Shown here: piece by piece, positions 1-10,093 of the stretch | How positions within the stretch are numbered: the stretch's first letter is position 1 | How the letters are laid out: each line of letters starts with the position of its first letter | Made by a program: the position numbers and the translations under genes | Notes under the pieces: generated by a model | Database searches by the model: none | Told to the model about the DNA's origin: nothing | The model's input: the letters and a program-made list of their open reading frames with translations, nothing else | From: an uncultured virus (IMG/VR IMGVR_UViG_3300001784_000008) | Lineage: Duplodnaviria > Heunggongvirae > Uroviricota > Caudoviricetes | IMG/VR virus record: IMGVR_UViG_3300001784_000008 | Reading direction: 5' to 3' (one strand) | DNA length: 64,000 bases

Positions 1-255
1 GGGCTGGCTGCCGCAGTGATTGCTGCTATCGCTGGCGCATTCGGGTTAGGTCATTCACGCGGCATAAGCAAAGCTGAAGCGAAAGCAGACCAGCAGCGCA
101 CTGAAGACAAGGCCGCTGCTACTGAAGCAGTAGCCGAACGCCGGGTAGAAGCAACGAAAGAGGCCAGCAATGTACAGCAGACTGTTAACCATATGCCTGA
201 TGACGATGTTGATCGCGAGCTGCGTGACACGTGGAAGCGTCCCGGTGGTGGTTGA
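1..255 (+). CDS. Inner-membrane spanin-like (Rz-like) protein, 5' truncated by window
   Basis: Near-identical to 44364-44639, which follows the endolysin; N-terminal hydrophobic segment then helical region. Confidence 0.7.
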   Translation, partial: GLAAAVIAAIAGAFGLGHSRGISKAEAKADQQRTEDKAAATEAVAERRVEATKEASNVQQTVNHMPDDDVDRELRDTWKRPGGG

Positions 256-388
256 TACTGCCTGTGACTGGGTAAAGCCAATCTACCTTACTGATCACGA
301 CATCGATGTTATGGACCGCCAGACGAAGAAAGACATTCTGGCGCATAACAAAGCGTGGCAGGCGAACTGTCAGAAGGTGAGCCAATGA
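170..388 (+). CDS. Outer-membrane spanin lipoprotein (Rz1-like)
   Basis: Signal peptide with lipobox LIAS-C, overlapping the Rz-like gene in another frame. Confidence 0.7.
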   Translation: MYSRLLTICLMTMLIASCVTRGSVPVVVDTACDWVKPIYLTDHDIDVMDRQTKKDILAHNKAWQANCQKVSQ

Positions 389-585
389 GTTACACGCGAT
401 GTACCTTTTGCGGTTCAGGCCTACACACCCGTGATAATTGCCCGCATACATGGAGTGGCAGCGCTCGCCGGGTAAATCTTCGCTGTAGCTACTGCGGTGT
501 AACTGGTCACAATTCTACTGCCTGCCCGCATAATGCCAGCAGCGCGAACCGTCGTCGTCTGAATAACGATTTCTATCTCGATTAA
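385..585 (+). CDS. Small protein with two CCHC zinc knuckles (66 aa)
   Basis: ATG overlaps spanin stop (ATGA); C-TF-C-GSGL-H-TRDN-C and C-SY-C-GVTG-H-NSTA-C; paralogue at 44769. Confidence 0.85.
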   Translation: MSYTRCTFCGSGLHTRDNCPHTWSGSARRVNLRCSYCGVTGHNSTACPHNASSANRRRLNNDFYLD

Positions 586-699
586 GGATTAGAAGCATGA
601 ATTGAGCTAAATCGCAGGACTGAAATGACCTAATAACAGTAGGCTTATTTTACTTTACGACATAGACTCAACGTTACCTATTTCCTGCGGAGCAACACA

Positions 700-951
700 A
701 TGCTTGAGGGAAGGTTGGAGACTATGCACAGTGGAACGCCCTGCTTCGCGGTGTATGGTAAGGAAGAGTTCATAAATAGCCTTATTGATTACATCAGGAG
801 CAGTACGAAGTATCCAGCCGAAATTCGTATCATTGGCGGGTTGGATGTGATGGGGCGAATGAAAATCATCATTACAGGTAAGTATATAGACGAAATGTCG
901 CTGGATGATTTTCAGTCAATAATGCTGAAAAGCTACACACATAACGATTAA
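700..951 (+). CDS. Hypothetical moron protein
   Basis: GGAG RBS, 83-aa ORF, followed directly by a terminator. Confidence 0.6.
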   Translation: MLEGRLETMHSGTPCFAVYGKEEFINSLIDYIRSSTKYPAEIRIIGGLDVMGRMKIIITGKYIDEMSLDDFQSIMLKSYTHND

Positions 952-960
952 CTCCTCCCA

Positions 961-982
961 ACCGCCTTCGGGCGGTTTTTTT
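961..982 (+). terminator. Rho-independent terminator
   Basis: ACCGCC-TTCG-GGCGGT plus T run. Confidence 0.85.
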
Positions 983-1036
983 ATTGCCTTTACCATAGGC
1001 TGCTCTATTGTAAGGGTATTAAGTTACGGAGTTTAT

Positions 1037-1191
1037 ATGCAGGTCACTATTGATGGTGTCCCGTTTGTGCCTGTCTGCGCTTCAGCATCACGGATTGTAA
1101 TCACAACCCAAACCGGACCGACGTTCTAGTGCGCGCTGGAACAGCATCAGAAGCATACACCTGCCGGTGCACTGATGGTGGTTATCGATGA
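1037..1191 (+). pseudogene. 5' remnant of a phage GT2-type glycosyltransferase
   Basis: Starts MQVTIDGVPFVPVCASASRI, frameshifts, then EQHQKHTPAGALMVVIDD (GT-A VVIDD motif); family call from recall. Confidence 0.55.
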
Positions 1192-1300
1192 TGTGACTGG
1201 GTAAAGCCAATCTACCTGACTGATCACGACATCGACGTTATGAACGGTCAGACGCAGAAAGACATCCTGGCGCATAACAAAGCGCGGCAGGCGAACTGCC
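1192..1300 (+). repeat. Diverged duplicate of o-spanin 3' half (263-370)
   Basis: TGTGACTGGGTAAAGCCAATCTACCT...GGCGAACTG shared with 263-369. Confidence 0.9.
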
Positions 1301-1494
1301 AAAAACAAAACGGAAGCTCGCAATAGTGGGCTTTAATTTTCAAAAAAGAGTTCACTGAATTGATTTTTATTGCGATTATTTTGATGCTGCGAGCAGTTTA
1401 TGGGCTAAGTGATTTAGTGCTTTGATGAAGGTCTTTTCGGTTAAAAAGTAACCGGTCGTGGTATGATAACCCTTATTCTTAGAGGGGGTATATT

Positions 1495-1659
1495 ATGTCA
1501 TTCTTCGATTATGCACTTAAACGTGTTGAAGCAGCGACCAAAACAACAGTGACTTGTCCGATATGCGGACATAACTCTAATCATCCGACAACAAAGGTAC
1601 GCCAGGAACAGCCCTTGCTCTGTCCTCGATGTAAATCATTGTTTGTCATTCATCGATAA
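1495..1659 (+). CDS. YnfU-like zinc-ribbon small protein (54 aa, below ORF track cut-off)
   Basis: MSFFDYALKRVEAATKTTVTCPICGH...LCPRCKSLFVIHR; two CxxC; RBS GAGGGGG; terminator follows. Confidence 0.75.
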   Translation: MSFFDYALKRVEAATKTTVTCPICGHNSNHPTTKVRQEQPLLCPRCKSLFVIHR

Positions 1660-1680
1660 TATTCTGAACTGCTGAATGTA

Positions 1681-1702
1681 ACCGCCTCAGGGCGGTTTTT
1701 TT
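1681..1702 (+). terminator. Rho-independent terminator
   Basis: ACCGCC-TCAG-GGCGGT plus T run. Confidence 0.85.
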
Positions 1703-1715
1703 GTTGTCATCACCA

Positions 1716-1760
1716 TGAGCATTATCACAGGCATTCACTGAGTGCCTGTGATAATGCTCA
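1716..1760. repeat. 18-bp-arm inverted repeat
   Basis: TGAGCATTATCACAGGCA ... TGCCTGTGATAATGCTCA. Confidence 0.85.
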
Positions 1761-1774
1761 ACATGGGAGGGATT

Positions 1775-2020
1775 ATGGCAAAGCTAACTGTAACGCTGAA
1801 GCGCCTTGAGGAGTGGAAAGATGGAATTGTTTACGGAACGGAAGTAACTTTTAGGGCTATTCAGTCAGGGATGGTGCTGGTTGAAGATACAGTGTCGGGC
1901 AAGTGCTCTTCCTCTTATAGTCGAAGCTATGTTGTGGAGAAAGGGACGGGCGATATTGTTATTGAACACAGCCGGCCAGACCTTCATTACCTAAGCATTA
2001 CCGCAAGCCTTGAGAGCTAA
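1775..2020 (+). CDS. Hypothetical protein
   Basis: GGAGGG RBS before ATG 1775. Confidence 0.6.
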   Translation: MAKLTVTLKRLEEWKDGIVYGTEVTFRAIQSGMVLVEDTVSGKCSSSYSRSYVVEKGTGDIVIEHSRPDLHYLSITASLES

Positions 2021-2078
2021 TATTTATTTTGTTGCCTGCTTTGAATAGTATGCCTCTGGGTACCCAAAGGAGGCATAT

Positions 2079-2282
2079 ATGTTTGTTGCAGAAGGATTGA
2101 AACCTGATATTGATAATGACGGTTGGGTTAAAGGCTGGGGTGTAGTTCGTAATGCCCCTTGGCACCTTGCAGGTGTTTATGCGACGAAAGACGTTGCAGA
2201 GACAAAAGCAGGGATGTTGGGCGATGGCTATGAAGCGCGGTATGGCTCCCACAAACTGGGGAGTGACGACTTTATATCCTGA
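2079..2282 (+). CDS. Hypothetical protein
   Basis: AGGAGG RBS; terminator at 2312-2340. Confidence 0.7.
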   Translation: MFVAEGLKPDIDNDGWVKGWGVVRNAPWHLAGVYATKDVAETKAGMLGDGYEARYGSHKLGSDDFIS

Positions 2283-2311
2283 ACCAGTCAATAGCCGAAC
2301 ATCATATCCTG

Positions 2312-2340
2312 AGCCACTGGCATTCGCTGGTGGCTTTTTT
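2312..2340 (+). terminator. Rho-independent terminator
   Basis: AGCCAC...GTGGCT plus T run. Confidence 0.75.
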
Positions 2341-2398
2341 ATGCACGCTTCACATAACACTCCTAATCAAATACTAATGATAATCAATGTTATTTGAT

Positions 2399-2592
2399 GG
2401 GTCCTCCCGGCGGGGTGGCCTGCCACGGGGCGGCGTCCGCGCAGATTCTCGCTATTTATGAAAATTTTCTGGTTTTTGCCGTTTCCGTTCTTCTTCCTGT
2501 TATCTCTCTGTTTTTACTTGAAACACCCCCTCAAAAGAAAGGAAACGATCAGGCCTTAAAAACGGTAATTTTCCATTTATCGTTTCCTTTCT
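2399..2592 (+). other. Lambda-type cos site (cosQ, cosN, cosB)
   Basis: cosQ GGGTCCT 2399-2405; cosN GGGCGGCGTCCG 2428-2439; lambda-like CGCTATTTATGAAAATTTTC and R-site-like CGTTTCC/GGAAACG motifs before nu1. Confidence 0.9.
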
Positions 2593-2614
2593 CTGTTTTT
2601 CGCCCGGAGTGAGC

Positions 2615-3160
2615 ATGGAAGTTAACAAAAAACGGTTATCTGAGATTTTCGGTGTCAGTGTTCGCACTATTCAGAACTGGCAGGATCAGGGAATGCCCGT
2701 TGCTCGTGGAGGCGGTAAGGGGAATGAGGTTCTCTACGATTCTGCAGCCACGATCGAATGGTACAGTGCCCGTGATGCGGCGATTGAGAATGAAAAACTG
2801 CGGAAAGAGGTTGAGGATCTGCGCATTGCTTCAGAGTCAGACCTCCATCCCGGAACGATTGAATATGAACGTCATCGCCTGACCCGGGCACAGGCCGACG
2901 CTCAGGAACTTAAAAATGCAAAAGAGTCCGCTGAAGTGGTGGAGACCGCATTCTGCACGTTCGTGCTGTCGCGGATAGCCGGAGAAATTGCCAGTATTCT
3001 CGATGGGATCCCTCTGTCGGTTCAGCGGCGGTTCCCGGAGCTGGAGAACCGACATATTGATTTCCTCAAGAAGGACATCATTAAGGCCATGAACAAAGCA
3101 GCTGCGCTGGATGAAATTATACCGGGGTTGCTGAGTGAATATATCGAACAGTCAGGTTAA
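2615..3160 (+). CDS. nu1: Terminase small subunit
   Basis: MEVNKKRLSEIFGVSVRTIQNWQDQGMPV closely matches lambda Nu1. Confidence 0.95.
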   Translation: MEVNKKRLSEIFGVSVRTIQNWQDQGMPVARGGGKGNEVLYDSAATIEWYSARDAAIENEKLRKEVEDLRIASESDLHPGTIEYERHRLTRAQADAQELKNAKESAEVVETAFCTFVLSRIAGEIASILDGIPLSVQRRFPELENRHIDFLKKDIIKAMNKAAALDEIIPGLLSEYIEQSG

Positions 3161-5057
3161 GGGGCTGCGGCACTCTGCTAGCGCGGGGCTCCGTTCGCTG
3201 TACCGGCCAGAGCCGCAAACAGCTGTTGAATGGGCAGACGATAACTACTATCTCCCGAAAGAGTCTGCCTACCAGGAAGGCCGCTGGGAAACTCTGCCAT
3301 TTCAGCGGGCAATAATGAACGCGATGGGCAACGACTATATCCGGGAAGTGAATGTCGTGAAGTCTGCCCGCGTTGGCTATTCAAAAATGCTGCTCGGGGT
3401 GTATGCATATTTCATTCAGCATAAACAGCGCAACTCCCTTATCTGGTTACCAACTGACGGCGATGCTGAAAACTTCATGAAGTCTCATGTCGAACCCACA
3501 ATCCGTGATATTCCAACGCTGCTATCCCTTGCTCCCTGGTATGGCAAAAAGCACCGTGACAACACGCTCAGTATGAAGCGTTTCTCTAATGGGCGCGGAT
3601 TCTGGTGCCTCGGTGGAAAGGCTGCGAAAAACTACCGCGAGAAATCCGTCGATGTGGCGGGCTATGACGAGCTGGCGGCCTTTGATGAAGATATAGAGAA
3701 AGAGGGATCCCCGACATTTCTTGGAGATAAGCGCATTGAAGGGTCTGTCTGGCCCAAGTCTATTCGCGGATCAACACCGAAAGTCAGAGGAACCTGCCAG
3801 ATTGAGCGTGCTGCGAAGGAATCTCAGCACTTTTTGCGGTTCCACGTTCCCTGCCCACATTGTGGGGAAGAGCAGTACCTGAAATTTGGTGATAAAGAGA
3901 CCCCGTTCGGGTTTAAGTGGACGCCTGGTGATCCTGCCAGTGTATTTTACCTTTGCGAGCATAATGCCTGTGTAATTAAGCAGCAGGAGCTTGATTTTTC
4001 TGAAGCCCGTTATATTTGCGAAGAAACGGGCATCTGGACACGGGACGGGCTGAACTGGTTCTCATCATCTGGTACTGAAATTGATCCCCCGGATAGCGTC
4101 ACCTTTCATATCTGGACAGCATATAGTCCATTCACTACCTGGGTACAAATCGTCAAAGACTGGAGCAAAACCAAAGGGGATACCGGCAAGCGTAAAACCT
4201 TTGTGAATACCACACTTGGCGAGACCTGGGAGCCGAAAATTGGTGATCGGCCGGATGCGGAAGTCATGGCCGAACGTAAAGAACATTTCGGCGCTGCATT
4301 ACCAGAACGGGTGGTCTACCTTACGGCAGGGATCGACTCACAGCTTGACCGTTATGAAATGCGTGTCTGGGGCTGGGGACCGGGTGAGGAAAGCTGGCTT
4401 ATCGACAAAATCATCATTATGGGCCGCCATGATGATGAAGCGACGCTTCTCAGGGTAGACGATGCGATCAATAAAACCTATTCAAGGCTGAATGGTGTGG
4501 AAATGCTCATTTCCCGTATCTGTTGGGATATCGGTGGTATTGATCCGACGATTGTTTATAACCGCTCGAAAAAGCATGGTTTGTTTCGTGTGATCCCTGT
4601 TAAAGGCGCATCTGTTTACGGTAAACCCGTAGCAAACATGCCCCGCAAGCGTAACAAGAACGGCGTTTATCTGACTGAAGTGGGTACTGATACTGCGAAA
4701 GAGCAGATTTATAACCGTTTCACGCTGGTGGCTGAAGGTAATGAACCCCTTGCGGGTGCGGTTCACTTCCCGAATAACCCTGAAATCTACGATTTAGCCG
4801 AGGCTCAGCAACTGACTGCTGAAGAGCAGGTTGAGAAGTGGGTAGACGGTAAGAAAAAAATCGTCTGGGACAGCAAAAAGCGCCGAAATGAGGCGCTTGA
4901 CTGCTTTGTCTATGCACTGGCGGCTCTGCGGATAAGTATCTCCCGCTGGCAACTCAATCTGGATTCTCTTCTGGTCAGTCTGATGGAAGAGGACAGTGGT
5001 CGTAAAAATAACAAAACTCTGGCGGATTACGCCAGGGCATTAGCGGGAGATGAATAA
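3135..5057 (+). CDS. A: Terminase large subunit gpA
   Basis: [11 protein letters not shown]alker A, YDE Walker B, lambda gpA-like, GTG start. Confidence 0.95.
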   Translation: MNISNSQVKGLRHSASAGLRSLYRPEPQTAVEWADDNYYLPKESAYQEGRWETLPFQRAIMNAMGNDYIREVNVVKSARVGYSKMLLGVYAYFIQHKQRNSLIWLPTDGDAENFMKSHVEPTIRDIPTLLSLAPWYGKKHRDNTLSMKRFSNGRGFWCLGGKAAKNYREKSVDVAGYDELAAFDEDIEKEGSPTFLGDKRIEGSVWPKSIRGSTPKVRGTCQIERAAKESQHFLRFHVPCPHCGEEQYLKFGDKETPFGFKWTPGDPASVFYLCEHNACVIKQQELDFSEARYICEETGIWTRDGLNWFSSSGTEIDPPDSVTFHIWTAYSPFTTWVQIVKDWSKTKGDTGKRKTFVNTTLGETWEPKIGDRPDAEVMAERKEHFGAALPERVVYLTAGIDSQLDRYEMRVWGWGPGEESWLIDKIIIMGRHDDEATLLRVDDAINKTYSRLNGVEMLISRICWDIGGIDPTIVYNRSKKHGLFRVIPVKGASVYGKPVANMPRKRNKNGVYLTEVGTDTAKEQIYNRFTLVAEGNEPLAGAVHFPNNPEIYDLAEAQQLTAEEQVEKWVDGKKKIVWDSKKRRNEALDCFVYALAALRISISRWQLNLDSLLVSLMEEDSGRKNNKTLADYARALAGDE

Positions 5058-5263
5058 TGGCGACACAGGCTGACCTGGAGGCTGCACGTACTGCGCTGCA
5101 TGACCTTATGATGGGAAAGCGCGTGGCAACAGTACAAAAAGACGGTCGGAGGGTAGAATTTACGGCTACCTCAGTCAGCGAACTTAAAAAGTACATTGCT
5201 GATCTTGAATCTCAGGTCGGTACCACTTCACGACGCCGGGGGCCGGCAGGGTTTTATGTATGA
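5057..5263 (+). CDS. W: Head completion protein gpW
   Basis: [37 protein letters not shown]. Confidence 0.95.
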   Translation: MATQADLEAARTALHDLMMGKRVATVQKDGRRVEFTATSVSELKKYIADLESQVGTTSRRRGPAGFYV

Positions 5264-6852
5264 AAATACCATCATTAGTGGGGCCTGACGGTAAAACATC
5301 CCTTCGGGAATACGCCGGATATCATGGCGGAGGTGGAGGTTTTGGTGGACAGTTACGGGCATGGAACCCGCCAAGTGAAAGCGCAGATGCGGCGCTTCTG
5401 CCCAACTTTTCTTGCGGTAATGCACGGGCTGACGATCTGGTACGAAATAATGGCTATGCGGCAAACGCCGTTCAGCTTCATCAGGATCATATTGTCGGGT
5501 CTTTTTTCAGACTCAGTTACCGACCGAGCTGGCGTTATCTTGGCATTAATGAGGAGGATTCACGAGCGTTCTCGCGGGATGTGGAAGCTGCCTGGAATGA
5601 GTATGCCGAGGATGATTTTTGTGGGATTGATGCCGAGCGCAAGCGAACGTTTACGATGATGATCCGTGAAGGTGTTGCCATGCATGCGTTTAACGGCGAA
5701 TTATGCATGCAGGCGACATGGGACAGTGATTCAACGCGGCTTTTCCGGACCCAGTTCAAAATGGTCAGTCCGAAACGCATCAGTAATCCAAACAATATCG
5801 GTGATTCCCGTAGCTGTCGTGCCGGCGTAAAAATCAATGATAGTGGTGCTGCGCTGGGGTATTACGTCAGTGACGACGGCTATCCGGGATGGATGGCACA
5901 AAACTGGACCTATATACCACGGGAACTGCCAGGGGGAAGACCCTCTTTTATCCATGTTTTTGAACCACTGGAGGATGGTCAAACCCGGGGGGCGAATGTG
6001 TTTTACAGCGTGATGGAGCAGATGAAAATGCTCGATACGCTGCAAAATACCCAGCTCCAGAGCGCGATAGTGAAAGCTATGTATGCAGCCACCATCGAGA
6101 GTGAACTGGATACCCAGACGGCGATGGACTTTATTCTTGGCGCTGACAATAAAGAGCAACAAAGCAAACTGACGGGCTGGTTGGGTGAAATGGCATCATA
6201 TTACTCCGCCGCACCGGTTCGCCTCGGTGGCGCAAAAGTCCCACACCTGATGCCAGGGGATTCCCTGAACCTTCAGTCAGCGCAGGATACCGACAACGGC
6301 TATTCAACGTTCGAACAATCCCTGCTGCGTTATATTTCCGCAGGGTTGGGCGTGTCGTATGAGCAGCTTTCACGAAACTATTCTCAGATGAGTTACTCGA
6401 CTGCGCGTGCAAGCGCTAATGAGTCCTGGGCGTACTTCATGGGGCGTCGAAAGTTTGTGGCATCCAGACAGGCCTGCCAGATGTTTCTGTGCTGGCTTGA
6501 AGAGGCCATTGTACGTCGCGTGGTCATCCTTCCTTCAAAAGCCCGATTCAGCTTCCCGGAAGCGAGAACAGCCTGGGGCAATGCCAACTGGATCGGCTCA
6601 GGCCGAATGGCAATTGACGGGCTGAAAGAGGTGCAGGAAGCCGTCATGCTCATCGAAGCGGGCCTCAGCACGTATGAGAAAGAGTGTGCTAAACGCGGAG
6701 AAGATTATCAGGAGGTTTTTGCCCAGCAGGTACGGGAAACTATGGAGCGTCGTGCTGCGGGTCTGAAACCACCGGCATGGGCAGCTGCCGCTTTTGAGGC
6801 AGGTGTAAAAAAATCAAACGAGGAGGAGCAAAATGGCGCACGAGCTGCGTAA
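5260..6852 (+). CDS. B: Portal protein gpB
   Basis: [32 protein letters not shown]; lambda portal-like; synteny. Confidence 0.95.
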   Translation: MKIPSLVGPDGKTSLREYAGYHGGGGGFGGQLRAWNPPSESADAALLPNFSCGNARADDLVRNNGYAANAVQLHQDHIVGSFFRLSYRPSWRYLGINEEDSRAFSRDVEAAWNEYAEDDFCGIDAERKRTFTMMIREGVAMHAFNGELCMQATWDSDSTRLFRTQFKMVSPKRISNPNNIGDSRSCRAGVKINDSGAALGYYVSDDGYPGWMAQNWTYIPRELPGGRPSFIHVFEPLEDGQTRGANVFYSVMEQMKMLDTLQNTQLQSAIVKAMYAATIESELDTQTAMDFILGADNKEQQSKLTGWLGEMASYYSAAPVRLGGAKVPHLMPGDSLNLQSAQDTDNGYSTFEQSLLRYISAGLGVSYEQLSRNYSQMSYSTARASANESWAYFMGRRKFVASRQACQMFLCWLEEAIVRRVVILPSKARFSFPEARTAWGNANWIGSGRMAIDGLKEVQEAVMLIEAGLSTYEKECAKRGEDYQEVFAQQVRETMERRAAGLKPPAWAAAAFEAGVKKSNEEEQNGARAA

Positions 6853-8194
6853 TCTCCCGCATATTGCCAGCATGGCCTTTAATGAGCCGTTGATGATTGA
6901 ACCCGCCTATGCGCGGGTTTTCTTTTGCGCGCTGGCAGGTCAGATGGGTATTACACGTCTGACAGATACGATGTCTGGCATAACGCTTGGTGCCGATCAG
7001 ATTGCTGAACCGCTGGCGCTGTTTGGCGACGATGAAGACATGGCCCCCCAGCCATCACGCAGTTATCAGGTGACGAACGGCATCGCGGTGCTGCCTGTTT
7101 CCGGCACGCTGGTCAGTAAAACCCGGTCGCTGCAGCCTTATTCCGGCATGACGGGCTACAACGGGATCATCGCTCGCCTGCAGCAGGCGATCAGTGACCC
7201 CGGTGTCGACGGCATTCTGCTTGATATGGATACGCCGGGCGGAATGGTGTCCGGGGCGTTTGACTGTGCCGACATTATTGCCCGTATGCGCGATATCAAA
7301 CCCATCTGGGCGCTGGCAAATGACATGAACTGCAGTGCAGGGCAGCTTATTGCCAGCTCGGCATCGCGACGGCTTGTGACGCAAACGGCCAGAACCGGAT
7401 CCATTGGCGTCATGATGGCGCACAGCAACTATGGTACCGCTCTAAAAACTAACGGCGTTGAGGTAACGCTGATTTATAGCGGCGATCACAAGGTTGACGG
7501 CAACCCTTACGCAAAGCTACCGGCAGACGTTCGCGCTGATTTTCAGACGCGTATCGATGCCACCCGTCTGATGTTTGCCGAAAAGGTTTCCGCTTATACC
7601 GGCATGTCCGTGCAGGCCGTGCTGGACACCGAAGCAGCTGTATTCTCCGGCCAGGAGTCCGTGGATAACGGGCTGGCGGATGAACTTGTTAACAACACTG
7701 ACGCGCTGAATGTCATGCGCGATGCACTTAACAAACGAAAAATGATGACTCCCGGAGGGAATATGACTCAAACCACGGCATCCGCTGCTACCACTCAGCC
7801 ATCAGCAACAACGGCTGAAACTCAGCCTGCCCAGACTACCGCATCGACCGGGCAAGTCACCACAGTTGAAGTGGCAACGGCTACCGCTACCGCTACAGCT
7901 CCTGTAGATGTGAGTGCTCAGGTCTCAGCAGCCGTCGCTGCAGAGAATGGTCGCATTATGGGGATCCTGAATTGCGAAGAGGCGAAGGGACGAGAATCCC
8001 AGGCGCGCGCACTGGCTGAAACGCCGGGAATGACGGTTGAGAGCGCACAGCGCATTCTGGCTGCTGCCCCGCAAAGTGCTCAGGCGCGCACCGATACCGC
8101 TCTGGATCGTCTGATGGAAACTGCACCTGGCGCGTTGTCAGCAGGCAGCGCATCAGCTGAAGCCGGCGACGATTTGTTAAATACCCCTGTTTAA
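6833..8194 (+). CDS. C: S49 head maturation protease gpC
   Basis: LLDMDTPGG, NCSAGQLIAS, TGSIGV motifs. Confidence 0.95.
   Translation: MAHELRNLPHIASMAFNEPLMIEPAYARVFFCALAGQMGITRLTDTMSGITLGADQIAEPLALFGDDEDMAPQPSRSYQVTNGIAVLPVSGTLVSKTRSLQPYSGMTGYNGIIARLQQAISDPGVDGILLDMDTPGGMVSGAFDCADIIARMRDIKPIWALANDMNCSAGQLIASSASRRLVTQTARTGSIGVMMAHSNYGTALKTNGVEVTLIYSGDHKVDGNPYAKLPADVRADFQTRIDATRLMFAEKVSAYTGMSVQAVLDTEAAVFSGQESVDNGLADELVNNTDALNVMRDALNKRKMMTPGGNMTQTTASAATTQPSATTAETQPAQTTASTGQVTTVEVATATATATAPVDVSAQVSAAVAAENGRIMGILNCEEAKGRESQARALAETPGMTVESAQRILAAAPQSAQARTDTALDRLMETAPGALSAGSASAEAGDDLLNTPV
7763..8194 (+). CDS. nu3: Nested in-frame scaffold protein (Nu3-like)
   Basis: GGAGGG RBS then in-frame ATG inside C, as in lambda. 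Confidence 0.75.
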   Translation: MTQTTASAATTQPSATTAETQPAQTTASTGQVTTVEVATATATATAPVDVSAQVSAAVAAENGRIMGILNCEEAKGRESQARALAETPGMTVESAQRILAAAPQSAQARTDTALDRLMETAPGALSAGSASAEAGDDLLNTPV

Positions 8195-8203
8195 GAGGCT
8201 ATC

Positions 8204-8536
8204 ATGGCAATTACTGAAGTTTTCACACATAACCAGCCGCTCGGTAACAGCGACCCGGCGCACACCGCGTATGGTCCTGGTGAACTGACGGCATCTACGC
8301 CAGCAATGACGCCGATCATGCTGGATGCCACTTCCGGCAAGCTGACCATCTGGGACGGCACTCACGCCGGCACAGCCGTGGGAATTCTGGCTGTTGCCGC
8401 AGACCAGAACAGTGCAGAGCTGGCATTTTATAAATCGGGTTCTTTCCGCCTTGAAGATGTGCTCTGGCCATCAGCGGTTACCGACGAAAATATCAAGCGT
8501 AACGCGTTCGCCGGCACAGCTATCAGCATCGTTTAA
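8204..8536 (+). CDS. D: Head decoration protein gpD
   Basis: [16 protein letters not shown] motifs. Confidence 0.95.
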   Translation: MAITEVFTHNQPLGNSDPAHTAYGPGELTASTPAMTPIMLDATSGKLTIWDGTHAGTAVGILAVAADQNSAELAFYKSGSFRLEDVLWPSAVTDENIKRNAFAGTAISIV

Positions 8537-8603
8537 TCCACTTTTTTACAACCATCATCATTCATAAAAGCCGCATATGCGGCTTTTTTTACGGGAAAAA
8601 TCT

Positions 8604-9629
8604 ATGTCCGTTTATACCACTGCTCAGCTGCTGGCGGTCAATGAGAAGAAATTCAAATTCGATCCGCTCTTCATGCGCATCTTTTTCCGCGAAACCTATC
8701 CCTTCAATACAGAGAAGGTCTACCTGTCGCAAATTCCTGGCATGGTCAATATGGCGCTGTACGTCTCGCCAATCGTCTCAGGCAAAGTAATCCGCTCCCG
8801 TGGCGGCAGCACATCGGAATTCACACCGGGGTATGTGAAGCCTAAGCACGAAGTTAACCCGCAGATGACCCTTCGCCGCCTGCCGGATGAAGATCCACAG
8901 AACCTGGCAGACCCTGCCTATCGCCGTCGTCGCATCATCCTTCAGAACATGAAAGATGAAGAACTGGCGATTGCGCAGGTAGAAGAGAAGCAGGCCGTTG
9001 CAGCCGTCCTCAGTGGTAAATACACCATGACAGGGGAAGCGTTTGAGCCGGTTGAAGTTGATATGGGCCGCAGCGCCGGCAACAACATCACTCAGGCAGG
9101 CGCGGCAGCGTGGTCAACCCGCGACAAAGAAACGTATGACCCGACCGATGACATTGAAGCGTACGCGCTCAACGCCAGCGGCGTGGTCAATATCATCGTG
9201 TTCGATCCGAAGGGCTGGGCGTTATTCCGTTCCTTCAAGGCAGTCAAGGAGAAGCTGGATACGCGCCGTGGCTCCAGCTCAGAGCTGGAAACTGCCGTGA
9301 AAGACCTCGGCATGGCAGTCTCCTACAAAGGTATGTATGGCGATGTGGCCATCGTGGTGTACTCCGGCCAGTACATCGAAAACGACGCCAAAAAGAACTA
9401 TCTGCCTGACCTGACGATGGTGCTGGGGAACACCCAGGCCCGTGGCCTTCGTACCTATGGCTGCATTCTTGATGCCGATGCCCAGCGCGAAGGTATTAAC
9501 GCCTCGACACGCTACCCGAAAAACTGGGTGCAGACAGGTGATCCGGCGCGCGAGTTCACCATGATTCAGTCAGCCCCGCTGATGCTGCTGCCAGACCCGG
9601 ACGCGTTCGTGTCCGTCAAGCTGGCATAA
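8604..9629 (+). CDS. E: Major capsid protein gpE
   Basis: MSVYTTAQLLAVNEKKFKFDPLF, lambda gpE-like. Confidence 0.95.
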   Translation: MSVYTTAQLLAVNEKKFKFDPLFMRIFFRETYPFNTEKVYLSQIPGMVNMALYVSPIVSGKVIRSRGGSTSEFTPGYVKPKHEVNPQMTLRRLPDEDPQNLADPAYRRRRIILQNMKDEELAIAQVEEKQAVAAVLSGKYTMTGEAFEPVEVDMGRSAGNNITQAGAAAWSTRDKETYDPTDDIEAYALNASGVVNIIVFDPKGWALFRSFKAVKEKLDTRRGSSSELETAVKDLGMAVSYKGMYGDVAIVVYSGQYIENDAKKNYLPDLTMVLGNTQARGLRTYGCILDADAQREGINASTRYPKNWVQTGDPAREFTMIQSAPLMLLPDPDAFVSVKLA

Positions 9630-9675
9630 CTTCCCCCCAGTGGCCCTGTCGGGCCACATTTCTGGAGTATTTTCC

Positions 9676-10083
9676 ATGACAGAGAAAGAAAAACTGATCG
9701 CTCGTCTTAATGAGCTTGGTGTGAAGTTAAATCGTGAAGTCAGCACCAGCGGCACTGTTCAGGAGCTTACGATGCGTATTGCTGAACTTGAAGAGGAGCT
9801 GGATGGTGACACCGTGACGGTTGGTAGCGTTCTGAACTCTTCCGTAATCACTGGCAGCGAAGAGGACGGTAATAAAAGCGAAAATACCCCGGTCAATCTT
9901 ATCGTCACAACCACTACATCCGGTGAACTGGTATCAGTTGAAACACTGGCCACCCTGCATATCGATGCCCTGCATGCCACGCGGAACGAACCGGTGTCGA
10001 TTGTTGAACCCGGTGCGATTATCCGCGTATCCGAAAAGGATGCAGACGAGCTGATCGCGAAGGGGCTGGCTCGCGAAGTCTGA
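9676..10083 (+). CDS. FI: DNA packaging protein FI
   Basis: LIARLNELG...MRIAELEEELD and LHIDALHAT; synteny. Confidence 0.85.
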   Translation: MTEKEKLIARLNELGVKLNREVSTSGTVQELTMRIAELEEELDGDTVTVGSVLNSSVITGSEEDGNKSENTPVNLIVTTTTSGELVSVETLATLHIDALHATRNEPVSIVEPGAIIRVSEKDADELIAKGLAREV

Positions 10084-10093
10084 CGGGGGTCGC

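Noticed and set aside
2394..2612. 72-aa ORF before nu1
   Set aside because: Coincides with the cos site
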